64,000 nt of DNA from Podarcis erhardii (Eukaryota), in the NCBI GenBank assembly GCA_964252035.1, contig OZ176200.1; one strand, given 5' to 3'. Positions 12,901-25,900 of this stretch are shown here, in pieces. Under the pieces are notes generated by a model. The model made no database searches. It was not told the origin of the DNA and saw only the letters and a list, made by a program, of their open reading frames with translations. Position 1 is the first letter of the stretch, and each line of letters begins with the position of its first letter. Position numbers and translations under genes: made by a program.

Positions 12901-15900
12901 AGAGCATTCCATAATTAGGCAGCCACCACTGAAAAGGCCTGTTCTCATAGAATTGTAGAGTTGGAAGGGACCCCAAGGTTCATCTAGTCCAACCCGCTGC
13001 AATACAGGAATATCAACTAAAGCATTCATGACAGATGACCATCCAACCTCTGCTTAAAAACCTCCAAGGAAGGAGAGTCCACAACCTCCCAAGAGAGACC
13101 ACTCCACTGTTGAACAGCTCCTACTGTCAGAAAGTTCTTTCAGATGTTTAGTCTGGAATCAGGAGCCATTTTGCATTATCCCAAAATGCAGTCAGATGGG
13201 CACATTCTCCACAGCATTTGTTACCTTCCTGAGCTGGCTGCTTACAGCTAGCCCCGCGGCAGAGCACATCCAGAAGACGGTGATGCTCCTCAAACAAGCT
13301 GGTGTAAAAGGGAATGGAGATGGATGGGCAGGCACAATCCATGCTCTCACACAAGTGGGTGAAGCACTGTAAGGATAAGAGACAAGGGATGCTGTTGCAG
13401 TGAGGATAGTATAGGTCTGGGAGTTGTGGGGAGCCTAGAGCAAGAGTGGGGAGACTTTTTCAACCTGAGGCCCGCATTCCCTTCTGGGCAACCTTCCGGA
13501 AGCCATATGCTATGCTGTATTTAGCGAAAGACAAAAGAGGGCACAGAAATGAATGTACTACAAATATGTTATATATTTTGGGATGTAGGAACAATGGCTG
13601 CTCCTCATCTTTGAAAATGTCAAACTCTGGGTTGGAACCCATTTCTGTCCCAAGCCTTAAAACACACATGTTCCAGGGGTAGGCAGGGAGAAGTGAACAT
13701 TAAATTGAGAAGAAAACTGAATTAAATTTAATATAGTTTCCCTGAAATTAAATTTAATGAAATTAAATTGAGCATTGAACATTAAAAGGATGCTGAAGGG
13801 AGAGGGAGAGAGACTGAGACAAGATGGAGATGAGTAGACCAGGAGATAGGAGGCTTCAAAGGGACCCTTACCATCAGGCTTTGTTCTCGCAGCCTGTTCT
13901 CTTGGTCTGTGGGCTGAACCAGCAGTGCAGGTAACAGGGCAAGGAAGCGACTGGCAGAACTGTGGAATGCCTGCAAACTAGAGAAGTATCTGTGTTTATA
14001 GGTTTGACATAGAAGCTTAGCCTTGAAACATGGCAGTGAGCTCAACACAGGCACTCAGATTCCCTCTTTCTTTGGCCAGTACTGTATAATTGTGTAATGC
14101 TCAGAACCTGTATGATGGCAGGTAACTAGGGACATTATATGCCATTTCCAGTTCTCAGACTAAATACTGGCACAAGGCATCAGAGTGTGGAATGAAACTG
14201 CTTCTTTTTGGTATTTACTGTATTCATGCACACTGTGCTTTAATTTTGCCTACTCCCATACTGCCGACAACATAGCATAATTCACCTTCATATTTCATCT
14301 GCCATGAAAGTGTCTTACCTTTCCTTCTTTCCACTCTGCTGTCGGTTGAAATCACTGGCAAAGTAGGCTGACAGGACAGTGATTAAGTCTATCAGTAGGG
14401 TGATGTACCAGGGCTGCTGTGGGATAGAGAGAGAGGTATGTGTTCTTGGGGCTGGATTCCAACTGGTTGGGTGCCCCATAGAAAGAACCAGTAATCAAGA
14501 ACTACCAGAATCATCTGCCAAGGTAAGAAGAATGGGAGGAGGAGGAAACTAACAGAGTTCTGAGTAAAGTGGGCTGAATTCTGTGCCAAATTTAACCTTT
14601 GTACAGATGCACAGAATCTGTAGAGGAAAGACTGTTTTCCATTACAGTGTAAACTCCATGCGGCACAAAATTTGGGATCAAAGAATGAGGCTTTTAAATA
14701 ATCTCACCAATAAATGTTTTTAGTTCCCAGAGTTATCCACATATATGTTAAACATGCTGGTATCAGCTGTGGTAAGGTCAGACACCCTGGAGGTTTCAAG
14801 CAATCAGGTGATAAAGTTACTCAGCCAAGCCCTCGGTTCCTAGTCCCTTGTCCGCCATTCATACCTCCTCTTCTTCCGAGCTGCTTATGATTCTTGTCAA
14901 AATATCCCAGATTCTGCAGAACACTCTAACAGTGCTTTTGACCTTGTGCAAGTTAAATACTTTTACATAATGAACCTTCTTTTTTAAAAAAAAAATCCAA
15001 ATACTATATGCTTAGTTTGGATTTTAGTCCAATAAGAAAAAGGTCCAAATAACAGCCTGCTATACACCTAGATGCTTTAACTCTTCAAAATGCAAGTACC
15101 CAACATGGTGTCCTCCAGATAATGTGGTCATCATCCCTGACCATTGACCATGCTGGGAGGGAGGGAGTTGTAGTCCAAAGCATCTGGAGGGCACCACGTT
15201 GGCTACCCCCTGTTTTGGAGAATGCCTCTTCTCTACCTGCTTGATGTTGATACTCTCCAGGATACTTCCCGCTAGCTCCACAAGGAAGTGGGATAATCCT
15301 GTGTCACTGCAGAAGTTGTACAACAGCTCCGTGTCACAGCGGGTACCTAACAAGTTGCCAATAACGTGGAGGGCAGGGCGAAGATGGGAAGCGCCCTCCA
15401 GCATTCCCTCCAGCACCTGTATAAGGAAAAGGGGTAAATGTACATAGGACATACAACTCTTCCCCATACAGGGCAAGAGTCATGGCAGAAACAGAGACCT
15501 TCCCCACACCAATGCCTAAAGTGCTCTAGAAACACCATACAAACTACTGATTCCACAGTCACTCTGTCTTCAACAGCATCACAGCACACTCTTGCCATCC
15601 CAAAATTCACCCATGAGATGTTGCTCCCAACTAAAGAGTTAATGACATGCCCAGCTTCCTTTCTAGGATCCACACATTTTTATAAGACCTCTATACCCTG
15701 TCAGGGACGCGGGTGGCGCTGTGGGTAAAACCTCAGTGCCTAGGACTTGCTGATCGCAAGGTCGGCGGTTTGAATCCCCGCGGTGGGGTGAGCTCCCGTC
15801 GTTTGGTCCCAGCTCCTGCCCACCTAGCAGTTCGAAAGCACCCCTAAGTGCAAGTAGATAAATAGGTACTGCTTTATAGCGGGAAGGTAAATGGCGTTTC

Positions 15901-16269
15901 CGTGTGCGGCACTGGTGCTGGCTCGCCAGATGCCGCTTAGTCACGCTGGCCACGTGACCCGGAAGTGTCTCTGGACAGCGCTGGCTCCCGGCCTCTTGAG
16001 CGAGATGAGCGTGGAACCCTAGAGTCGGACACGACTGGCCCGTACGGGCAGGGGTACCTTTACCTTATACCCTGTCAATTCTTAAGAGTCTCCATCTTTC
16101 CAAGCTGTCCCTAGTCTCTATGTATGTGGCTCATCATGTACTAGCTGAAAGGCCAAAACTACCAAAGGAATTCAACAAGGAAAGAGTGTTTCCACCAGTT
16201 TCTTTCCTCTTCTCTCTGTAGGAAATCTCCCTTAGCTTCTGAAGGACATACCCAGCATACAGCAAACAT

Positions 16270-16314
<45 letters not shown>

Positions 16315-19300
16315 AGCCCTTCCCTACAACTCACCTGCCGACCAGAATCCTTGAGTCGGGCATGGATGCGCTGCACAAAAGCAGGGTCTCCCAGAAGGCT
16401 CAGTGGGGCACTCAGCTGCACATGGGAAGGATCTGTGGCATCTATCAAGTGCTGCCACTCCTCATCGCTATCCAACTCCTAAGAGGCAAGAGTGAGTCAG
16501 TGAGGACCACCACTATCAGAAAGCCAAGAAAGTACTTCCTTGCAGCTATGCAAATGACTGTGGTACCTGGCCATGCACTCACCTCAGTCTCCAGATCCAC
16601 AGTGTCAATGCTGCGTCTGCCTCGTGCTTCTGCTCTGCCACTTTCTGGCCTCAGCTCTGGGAATTCCCGCTCGTAATCCTGTGTGATCCGATTCTCTCTG
16701 TCCATGAAGAAGAGGGATGAGAGGCTGAAGGTGGGCTACACAACAATGAAATGTTCTCACCCCAGCTTTGGTTTTCTCTTGTAAAGGACCCCTGGACAGT
16801 TAAGTCCAGTCAAAGGTGACTATGAAGTGCAGCACTCATCGCGCTTTCAGGCAAAGGGAGCTGGTGTTTGTCCACAGACAGCTTTCCAGGTCATGTGGCC
16901 AGCATGACTAAATCACTTCTGGTGCAACGGGACACCGTGAAGAGTGCCAGAGAGAACAGAAATGCCATTTACCTTCCTACTGCCGTGATACCTATTTATC
17001 TACTCACAATGGTATGCTTTGGAACTTCTAGGTTGGCAGAATCTGGGACATATATATGTCAGCTAATTTAGTTGTTTCCAGTGTTGTCTTGGTCATTTGG
17101 TATTACTTAGAGCAACAGTATCTCTATCTGAAAGTCCTGCAAGCTGGAACTTACGTTTCTATGTATAACTTTGTCCAGAGCTGTTTTGCTAAGCCTATGA
17201 CTTCTACAGCAGTAAAAGATCTGGACCTTACTCTGATTCTGTGTGGTGTCTGGTACTGCCAGCTTTAGATCCACACTTCCCTTGCACGTGTATCATATAC
17301 CACATTCTCAACAAAATAAACGCATTTCAACTCCTTCTTCTCACCGAGGTGTGGGGGAAGATTCCTTTTGCTCCCACTCCATTCCCTTTCCTCCAAGGCT
17401 AGGGTGCCTCTGTTCTCCAGTGCCAGGAGCTGCCCGATTCGCTTCTCTGGGATCTGTCTGAGCAAGGCAGGCATTGCGTGTGTGGCTCTGGACCCCCTTA
17501 GGGGTTTCTTCCTTAAACAAAACCCTGGATTTCCCCATCTCCTGTAAGAAGTCAAGCAACACAGGATGATTCTAATGGACTGCACCCCACCATACCATAT
17601 GTCGCCTTGCCAGCAATGGTTCTACCTGCCTCTCACCTTTCTCCGAGCCTCCTGAGCCATCTTCTGCCGTGCTTTCCTCAAGATCTTTGACTGGCCACTG
17701 TGAGGGGCCAGCGAGTGTGTCTGCTGCTCTTTCAGGGCCTGCAGTTCAGGAGGTAGTTTGCTGGTGAAAGGGTTGGTAATGCCTTGATCCGCTGTGTCAT
17801 CAATCACTGCAAAAGAGAAGGTCCATGTCGGTGACTGGGCTTGCTTGAATTGGGCTCTGTAAGGAAAGGCAGATGCAGGAGCCAGATGGGGGGAAATTGC
17901 AAGTAAGCATGGCAGCTGGTACTCACCAGTGACCCGCCCTGCAATGAAGGGGTGATAGAGTAGCTCTGGCCAGGACAGGCGCTGCCGAGGGTCTTTCATC
18001 AACAGGCCTTGCAAGAAGCTCTACACAGTAATGAGAGATGGTCACTTGCATGTCCTCACACTACTTATAGTCTATAACCCCAGCTGCTAATTTTACAAGG
18101 AAAACCTTGGAGTCAATGAAATTCCTTGGTCGCTGTGGGAAGAGTCTATTCAATCCATGCATAAAAAAAGCACATTTTCCAGAATGTTCCCATTTTTTTT
18201 CATTTTTAAGTTTCTAGCTCTGAAGATTACTGAAAAAAGTCTTGCAAACATGGCTGCATATTCTGCCTTAAGAAAGAAACCTGGTGGCCCCAATACCACC
18301 TAAACATGTTTGCACACAGAACTACATTCTTTTGTACAATGTAGCAATGTGGTGTCCTTCAGACATTGTAGACAACATTACCCTAGCCACTGGCCAAGCT
18401 GGCTGTGGCTGCTGCAGTCAAAATCATTGGGGGGGGGCATCCCTGCCTTAGCAAGTACACTCTTATCCCAGTCTAATCCCCACAGGCAGTGGGGTAGGAT
18501 AAGGATTGGAGAATGCACTTAAAATCTGTATTTCTACCTTTCAGACATACACACCAACAGTGTGAAAGAGGCCAAGTGGCATGAGTGAACAAAATCTAAG
18601 GCGTTCAAGCTTCCAAGGAGAGAACAAACTCAAACCACAGATACATACAGTGTAATGCCAGAGATACAGATAGCTGAATTTGAGTCATGGGAAACCCAAA
18701 AGTATAACCTTCTAGAGCAAAATATATCTCTTATGGCCCTTAGCAGGGCAATCTACCTTACAGGGGTCTTGTGTGTGGATAAAATGAGACTAAAGAAGCA
18801 ATGCATCTAAACCTGCCCTGAGATCATTGGATGGAGTGGGGAAGGCATTTAAGTACAGTTACCTTGAAGTTGGGGCTCATGTTTTTTGGCCACTTGATGG
18901 GGTCCTTGATGATCAAGCTCACCAACTGGAAGATGCTGTTGGTGTAGAAGGGTGGTGTCCCCACACACAGCTCATACAGAATGCATCCCACTGACCAGAG
19001 GTCAGCTGTGTGGTCGTAGGGTTTCTCTTCCACTAGCTCAGGCGCCATATACAGTGGAGTGCCTTTTATAGATGTCAGCACCATGGTGTGAATACTCATT
19101 GCACGGGCAAACCTTCCCAGGAAAGAAAGAAGACAACTGAGACCTTTCAGTAATGAGACCAGAGATTGGTTGGGGAGATCAGTTCTTAACGTACCTACCC
19201 AAAGTCACAGAGCTTGATCACTCCTCCTTTCCCAAGAAGGATGTTTTGGGGTTTCATGTCACGGTGCAAGATTCGGTGGGAATGCAGATAATAGAGTGCT

Positions 19301-21400
19301 GAGACCAACTGAGAGGCAATATCTTGCACCTGAAAGAAAATGACAACCCTGATACTTTGCAAAGCCCATTTAATCCTGTAGATGCTCCACATCTCCAGCA
19401 TAAAACTTTCATTCCTTTTTGTTATCTTTGCCGATGCCCCTCAATTGTGAATCACAAGTCCTTCCCCAACACACAGAAATCTACTTGTATTATCTTAAGA
19501 CAATTAGATCTATTTTTATCCTTGCGGGCAGCAGAGAGCAAGCATTTCCACTCTTCTATGTACCCTTCAGGTATTTGAAGACTGCAATCATGTCCATCTG
19601 CTGCTAGACTTCTCTTCTCCCGATTCAACGCTAGTTCAAAACACATATGTTCACTCAGGCATCACTTGAAGTGTGACTCCAGATATTCTTATTTATTTAG
19701 AATGAGGGCTGTAACTCAGTGGTAGAGCTTTGCATACAGAAGGTCCCAGGTTCAATCCTCAGCATCTCTAGATAGGGCTGGCAATGTCCCTTGTCTAAAA
19801 CACTGGAGAGTCACTGCCAGTCAAAGCAGACATAACTGAGCTAGATGGACTAATGGTTTGACTCAAGGCAGCTTCCTATCTTCTTATTACTAATCATGGT
19901 GAATTTTATACTGAGTTTGTAATGTTTTATGGTTTATTGTGTTTTTATATTGTACCATACACCACTTTTGATGTTCCAGTTTGAGCAATATATAAACTGG
20001 TTAAAAACATTAATAAACAAAAAGACATACAGTACCAACTTCCTTAAACCTTTCCTTGATTTAATCTGTTCTAATATCATCCCTGGTATCAAATTCAGAG
20101 GGATGGGTCTCTAGTTTCTCAAATCATCTTTTTAAAGATTGGGACTGTCTTGTAAGCACCTCAGTCACTATTCCAGGAGATGTAACAGGTTCATGTCAAA
20201 GTACACAGCTGGAGGGTTTATGGCCTAGCAGAGACTGACACCTACCCAGACTCCAGCTACTCTCCCATTCCTGGAGTCATTCATCACACTGAATCCCCAC
20301 TTACTCTTCTGGTCATAGTTACCTGCTCCTCAGGCAAGTTCCCATCATCCTCAAGGATCTGAAAAAGCTCCCCTTCAGCATAATCTGTCACTACTACAAC
20401 CTAAAGGAGATAAACAAGACCAGAATGCCAATGAGAACATTTTCAAAGGTGGGACACTTGTGGGTAGGGAATGACAGTATGACTAAGCTCTCTGTACTGT
20501 TTGAAGCCAACAGGAAACCACCATCAAAAGAAGAGTGTGCAGCAGCTACCAACACATTTTTATTTGATGAAGGTCCCTATGGAGAGCTCCAAACTCTAAG
20601 TGTGTTGGGACATTCTTTGGATAATGTCATTCTGCTGATAGGTCTTGGCAGGCTAATTACCTGATGCAGCCTCAGGAACCAATAGGCTTGATGTGGCAAT
20701 CCACACTTCTACAGACAAGATGTGTAATTTAGATAGCTGTTACCAAAATGGCTAAATTTTAGTTCACTCCTCCTAGGTACTCATTGGGACATCTGGAGAA
20801 CACCATATAACCTAAACTTCATCAAACAAAATGTAGCCGTTTTCAGGCCTTTCTGCTTCTTGGGGGAATTTCCACAGAGCCAGGAAGACACCATTTTCTT
20901 CTTCACCTCCCACACTTAAAAAGGACTCCCAGCAAGTCCTTTACCTCTTTATCAGTCTCAAAACTGTCAAGCATCTGGACAATGTTGGGATGATGAAGCC
21001 CCCTCATGATCTCAATCTCTCGCTGCAAATTCTTCAGCTCTTTCTGTGAGCGACCCACTTTAGGGATAAACTTCAAGGCCACCACCTACCAAGAAATTAT
21101 TATTATATTAAAAGGCTGGAAATGTGTCATACACTACTTTCCCCTCTGTCTGTCCCTGAAAAACTCATTGTGAAACAATGACCACTGCAGGCTCAGGAGC
21201 AGACTTCTTATATAGCAATCTTTGGAAACAAATCTCCCTAAATTAACTCTCTTGCCTGTTGATGAGGTCCATCCCCGTTCCCTTGTGCACTCTGCCCTGT
21301 TCCCTTGTGCTCTTACCTGTGCACTGTATTTGCGACGCCCCTTGTACACTCTTCCAAAAGAGCCTTCGCCAATCATCTCCAAGACATGATACTTCTCCAT
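982..21400 (-). CDS. STK36: Serine/threonine kinase 36 (Fused homologue), 26 coding exons, 1324 aa
   Basis: Exons (transcript order): 21400-21317, 21085-20945, 20400-20323, 19329-19199, 19112-18863, 18020-17927, 17806-17637, 17541-17345, 16697-16583, 16478-16335, 15416-15237, 14416-14319, 13977-13872, 13366-13225, 12557-12430, 12319-12215, 12041-11946, 11473-11379, 10603-10540, 10066-9956, 9818-9744, 8505-8334, 8090-7943, 3867-3708, 3244-2501, 1128-982. All introns are GT-AG, phases are consistent, total 3975 nt. N-terminus [37 protein letters not shown]; intact GxGxx[12 protein letters not shown] and APE motifs; C-terminal ARM/HEAT region ending [15 protein letters not shown], as recalled for human STK36. 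Confidence 0.95.
1471..1660 (+). mobile_element. CR1 LINE 3' end fragment
   Basis: Typical CR1 3'UTR (…ggactctccttccttggaagtt…cccttccaac…) ending in an ATTCTATGATTCT tail. Confidence 0.8.
3952..4056 (+). mobile_element. Squam2-like SINE, 3' half
   Basis: tctgaaaccctggagagc…gtagacaata…ggtataaggcaacattcta matches the 3' half of the copy at 19704-19884. Confidence 0.55.
4099..6898 (-). mobile_element. 5'-truncated L1-clade LINE (ORF2 RT + C-terminal Cys-rich domain), in an STK36 intron
   Basis: ORFs 6896-6411 and 6404-4311 are in the same frame, separated by one TAA. RT motifs [13 protein letters not shown] and FADD; CCHC-like CWKC…HLWWTC. 3'UTR with AATAAA (4121-4126) and A-rich tail. Perfect 15-bp direct repeat tacatgctggtttta at 4084-4098 and 6899-6913. 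Confidence 0.95.
7010..7360 (+). mobile_element. Sauria SINE (Squam1), subfamily distinct from the other two copies
   Basis: gggacacgggtggtgctgtggtctaaacc… tRNA-like head with B box ggttcgaatcc; BovB-related 3' end and cctttaacttt tail; degenerate TSD. Confidence 0.9.
9571..9699. mobile_element. Short palindromic MITE-like repeat (ccagatg…catctgg family)
   Basis: Imperfect inverted termini; related copies at ~9200-9255 (partial), 15100-15202 and 48678-48806. Confidence 0.65.
12645..12945 (-). mobile_element. L2 LINE 3' end fragment
   Basis: aaaagcctgggt…tttttgcctgg…agagcattcca…gccaccactgaaaaggcc plus an AT-rich tail; same family as 38755-39090. Confidence 0.6.
12946..13160 (-). mobile_element. 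CR1 LINE 3' end fragment
   Basis: catagaattgtagagttggaaggg…catccaacctctgcttaaaaacctccaaggaaggagagtccac is the reverse complement of a CR1 3' end. Confidence 0.85.
15100..15202. mobile_element. Short palindromic MITE-like repeat
   Basis: Termini ccaacatggtgtcctccagat / atctggagggcaccacgttgg (19 of 21 complementary). Confidence 0.65.
15704..16065 (+). mobile_element. Sauria SINE (Squam1), full length, young
   Basis: Complete head to tacctttacct tail; perfect 12-bp TSD tataccctgtca at 15692-15703 and 16066-16077; many CpGs retained. Confidence 0.95.
16273..16312. repeat. (GT)n microsatellite
   Basis: About 20 GT units, directly next to the donor of STK36 exon 16478-16335. Confidence 0.95.
19704..19884 (+). 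mobile_element. Squam2-like tRNA-derived SINE
   Basis: gggctgtaactcagtggtagagc…aggtcccaggttcaatcc (A and B boxes) followed by …gagctagatggac…aggcagcttcctat. Confidence 0.8.
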
Positions 21401-22179
21401 GATGGGAATGTGGGGAGGGGTGGGTATTAATCTGAAAGGGCAGAGACAAGAGATTAAGCTAAACACGAACAGTAAATGAAAAATGTAAGCATAATGGCAA
21501 AGCATGTCAATTCACAATACCATTTTGCAAAGTTATTATTATTATTTATTATATTTGTATACCTCCCTTCATCTGAAGATCCCAAGGCTGTTCACAACAG
21601 AAAAATGCAAAATAAGTATACAAATCATGCATGTGTGGTCAAAACCAAGAATCAAAAAGAAAAAAGGGAGCGAAGCAGTCAGAAAAGGTTGGGGAAAGGG
21701 AAATAGACTCTGGCAAAGCCAATATGACATGCATATCAGGCAAACAGCTCCAAACAGGGGTCCCAGATCTCAGAATAGTTGTGCTTTTTGCATCTCCAGG
21801 CAAAATGCATGAGATGCATGACAAGAAAGCTCTCCAACCAAGGAGCTATTGGAGGAGATATCAAGTCCTTGCAATGCTGTAAAACCATTTGCTTAGCCAC
21901 CAATAAAGCATACAAGTTCCAGGACATTAGGATATAACAGAGCCATCCATGACCATCCAAATATTGCAGGGACAGTCTCATAACAAAATTAATTTGAGCA
22001 AGCACCTTCACCGAAAAAGAAGCCAATGCAAGGCATGTTTTTAATGCTTCCCAAGAAAAAAGTTAAGGCACCCCTGGTCCAAAGTGCCCATCAGGAGTCC
22101 ATCAACACACACAGTCTTTTTAGCCATCTTCTTGCCTGCACAACTCTCCGAATCCCTTTTGCTATACTATATAAAGTCC

Positions 22180-22950
22180 TCACCTGGCCACGGCGTCTTG
22201 AGGAGCCTCCTAAGGCGACGATCCTACGCCCACTTACTTAGGAGTAAGCTCCGCAAAAGTGAAATGGAGCAGAGAAATGCCCACAAGGTCGGGCTGTGCG
22301 CTGCAGCCCGACACCGGCTCCTTCGCCTCAGCCTCCTCCTTCCAGGTCAATCCAGAGGAAGGACAGAAGCACCCACGTCCCACCCGCCCCGTCTGACAAA
22401 GCCTTTGCAGCGCTGAGCCCCGGCGGGGGCCGTTGGAACCCGGCGGCTCGAGAGCAGGGCGGGGCGGGGCGGACGGAGGCTGGTTATCAGCGCAGGCCCT
22501 GCGCAACGGCGTCTCCCGGCTGTTGCCTAGCAACCCTCAGCGCCGGAAGAGAACCCGGCAAGCATTCCAAAGCGGTTGAGTTTCCGGGCCTGTCAAGATG
22601 GCGGCGACCGGCGACAGCGAGGAGCAGGAGGAGTTGGCTGCGGATTGGTAAGGGAACGGTTCGGCCTTGTGTGTCCTCCTTTCTCTCTCAGCGGAAGGCA
22701 GATGAGCAAATGCCTGGCGTATCCCCCCCCCTTCCTCCTCTGTTTTCTGTAGCCCAGGCCATCTCTTCACGAAGGAATTTTTTTGTTTCTTCGTCTTGTT
22801 CTTATGTAATGTTCGACATGTACGATGTGGTTCGTCGTCTTCCTGGGTCTCGTCACAACCCCCGCTATTTCTGAGGGTAGGGGGCTGAGAGAGAAAGGCA
22901 GCGCCCAGTAGCCGAACAAGCAGCGATATGAATCTTATATCCAAGCCAAG
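22180..22950. promoter_or_regulatory. CpG island / bidirectional promoter of STK36 and RNF25
   Basis: CpG-dense. Tandem GC boxes at 22457-22472, ETS core CCGGAAG at 22543-22549, YY1 motif CAAGATGGCGGC at 22594-22605. Candidate donors for an STK36 non-coding exon 1 follow 22238 (GTAAGT) or 22184 (GTGAGG); acceptor at 21431. Confidence 0.85.
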
Positions 22951-25900
22951 TGCAAAATCCACTCCCTGGGCCAATCCTGTTCCTCCTCGCCCTTTGGTCT
23001 TCTAGCAGGGTTTTTTTTGTTTTGTTTTCTTTTGTTTTTACAAACTCCTTATGAAAAACCATAGATAGAGAAATAAATGCCTTCTCTTTACCGCACAGTT
23101 ACCTGGCTAGAAGCATATGCCAACTGAGATCTCTTCTCAGTCAGCTGCTGTTATGCCACTGGTTCCTTATGGATATTATGAAAAAATACTCCATGCAACA
23201 ATCTCACTCTCGGTTAGTATTACAGCTGTGTTTCTGCCCTTTGCAGTATGGAGCTGTGTCGTTTTTCAGCCACAGAATCAAAACAGAAAGAAAGTGACAG
23301 CCTTTCTCAAGCATGGTAAACTACCCACTATTGTGGGAATTGTGTGTAAGGTAAAATTCTGAGAAGTAGCCAGAGAGAAATGTTTTTGTGGTTTTCATTA
23401 TCACTGGCAGCAGCAAAGGTCTGCTAGTTTAGACTTTGTGCCCCTTCACAAGTGCCTATCCTCTTAAGTGTTTTAGTGGCATTTTTAAAATTCAGGTTAT
23501 TATGTTGGATTGCCACAAGATGTCAGCATTTACAAATGGGTTACATGACCCCCAAAACTTAAATTAATGTAGGCGTCTAATGTGATGTATGTGTTATTTA
23601 GAATCATAGAATCATAGAGTTGGAAGACACCACAAGGGCCATCGAGTCTAACCCCCTGCCAAGCATTTGTTCTTCTTGAACACTGATTTGCCTGCCATGG
23701 TGATACTCTAAAGCAGTTTTGCCCTGGTGGGCTAGATCTTTATCTCTCCCACCCCAATGGGCCAATTTTGAGAAGTGTGTGGGACCACCTACCTGTCAAT
23801 CATTTGGTGACATATTGATATCAGGTGATTGACAGATGGACTGTTCCAACCTACTGTCATTGTTGGCCCTGGGGGAGAATTGAACTCCCTATGCATTAGC
23901 TCATGCAAGAGTTGTGTGTGTGTGTGTCTCTATGTGTTTCTGTCCTGCTCTGTACATACTGGGAGGTGCCAGTCCAGTTCCAGCAGGAAGAGGCTGGTGT
24001 GCTTGATCTGAGCTGAATTGAACTTCCTGAGCATCAGCTAATGCATAGGAGTTCAATCCTGATTTCTATCTGCCCCACACATAACATCATACATGATGGA
24101 CTGGAGAAACCTGAGGAAATTAGCCTTATGTATCATATTAATATTTTTTTTTCTTACTCAGGGCTCTGCCTTCAGAAGTGGAAGTCTTGGAGTCCATCTA
24201 CTTGGATGAGCTACATGTGTCTAAAGGAAATGGAAGGTAATTGCAACATTGTCAGATCCCTTGCTGGTTCTTGGTTTTATGGTATTGATCACTCCTGTGA
24301 TCTTGCATATGTCATTGTGGAACTTGATTCCTGGTTTAGAAGACTGTACCCTGTTTTTGGATTAGACTACAGTGTCCTGCACAAACTCGGAATGAATTGC
24401 AACCCCTGATTCATGTTTGTTAATTTCCCAAAATATTAGTCATTTCTTTTTTCCCCTCCTTGTGTTTGATACTACCATTCTGAAATAGTTATCTTTGTAA
24501 GAATATGGGGTGGGAAGAATGAAAGGTCTGCATTATGCCTGCTTCAATCTCCTTTCAGCCTGAGAAAGGAAGGAATAACAACCCACCTGCATTATCTCTC
24601 CTGTTCCATCTTCCTTTCATTTGACACCAGACTCTCACTTGAGCCTCTCTTCAACCCTAGGTCTGTGCCGTGGGAAATATCTATCACCCTTCATCCAGCA
24701 ACTGCAGAGGACCAGGAGTCTCAGTATGTCTGCTTAACTTTGGTGCTATCCGTGCCTCTTCAGGTAAAGCCTTGTATGTCCTGAGTGACTATTTTGCTAT
24801 GTAGCACTTTAGCATGGCTGTACCACTCATTTTGACTTGGCTTTGTTTCTTATTAGTATCCAAATGAAGTGCCAAAGATAGCCATCCAGAATCCTCGAGG
24901 GCTGTCAGATGAGCAAATCCAAAAGTAAGTGTATTATGCAAACTCTTTCCAGTTCAGTGCAAGAAGTAAGGTTTTCTTTGTTTCAGTCTGTCACACTTTT
25001 AATGGAAAGTGTGGGGAGGTGGGAGCTTCTTTATATTGTGTTCCACCTGCCCAATGATCTTATGTGGAATATGTATTATGCAGCTGTTCTCTTAATTTAG
25101 AGCTGTGCTATGAAGGCTGTTGCTATGTTACTAACATTGGGAGCATGGGGAATGAGGTTACAAACAAGACTGGAAGTTCTAATCATGTAATCAACATGTT
25201 TGGGTACATATAAATTAATTACGGTGTTTGTGTGTAAAATTGGCATTGGGGGAATACATGTTAAAGGAGATCTTTCCCTTAAAAGTTATTGATAGGTGGA
25301 CAAAATTAAGAGATGAGAGGCAATGCATCTTGGTACATTACTGTATCAGAAATGCAGCGTCTTCATCCAAAACAAAGTCCCAGCTTCTGTTGCTCTTTAC
25401 ACGTGGCTTACTAGAACCTGCTTTCCCTTCCATGCTTTCCCTTCCCCTAGAAGGGCTTCAAGCTGCTTTTTCAATTTCAGTCTGGTACCACTTCCTTCTA
25501 ATTTGTACTGAAGTAGCTACTATGTCAGATGAGATACTGGGTGAGAGACTGGAGCCCATCCTGTATTGCTGTTGAGATTGCTATTGCAAGTGGCTGATTT
25601 AGCCACTCCAGTTCTTGCCATTTCACTTCCCTGGACATCTATTCTAGCCTTTTCCTTACCCTGCCCCTTTTTTGCCTCCATTTTAGGATTTCCCAGACAC
25701 TACAATGTACTGCTGAGGCCCAGCTGGGTACAGCTATGTTATATGAGCTAATAGAGGTAAGAGAACAGAAAGGGGAGGCAGGCTGTCCAGACCTATGGCT
25801 TGGGCTGTTGCGCCTTTATTGTGTGAAATGACAAACTGACCCTCTCTGTCTTCACAGAAGGGAAAGGAAATCCTTACAGACAACAACATCCCTCATGGGC

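Noticed and set aside
19704-19780. tRNA-like sequence as a genuine tRNA gene (also the heads at 7010, 15704, 47045 and 38190)
   Set aside because: The cloverleaf is incomplete, and each continues into a SINE body or LINE tail.
22296-22874. 192-aa ORF and overlapping ORFs at the STK36/RNF25 promoter (also 50153-50653)
   Set aside because: Stop-poor CpG-island sequence with no domain similarity.
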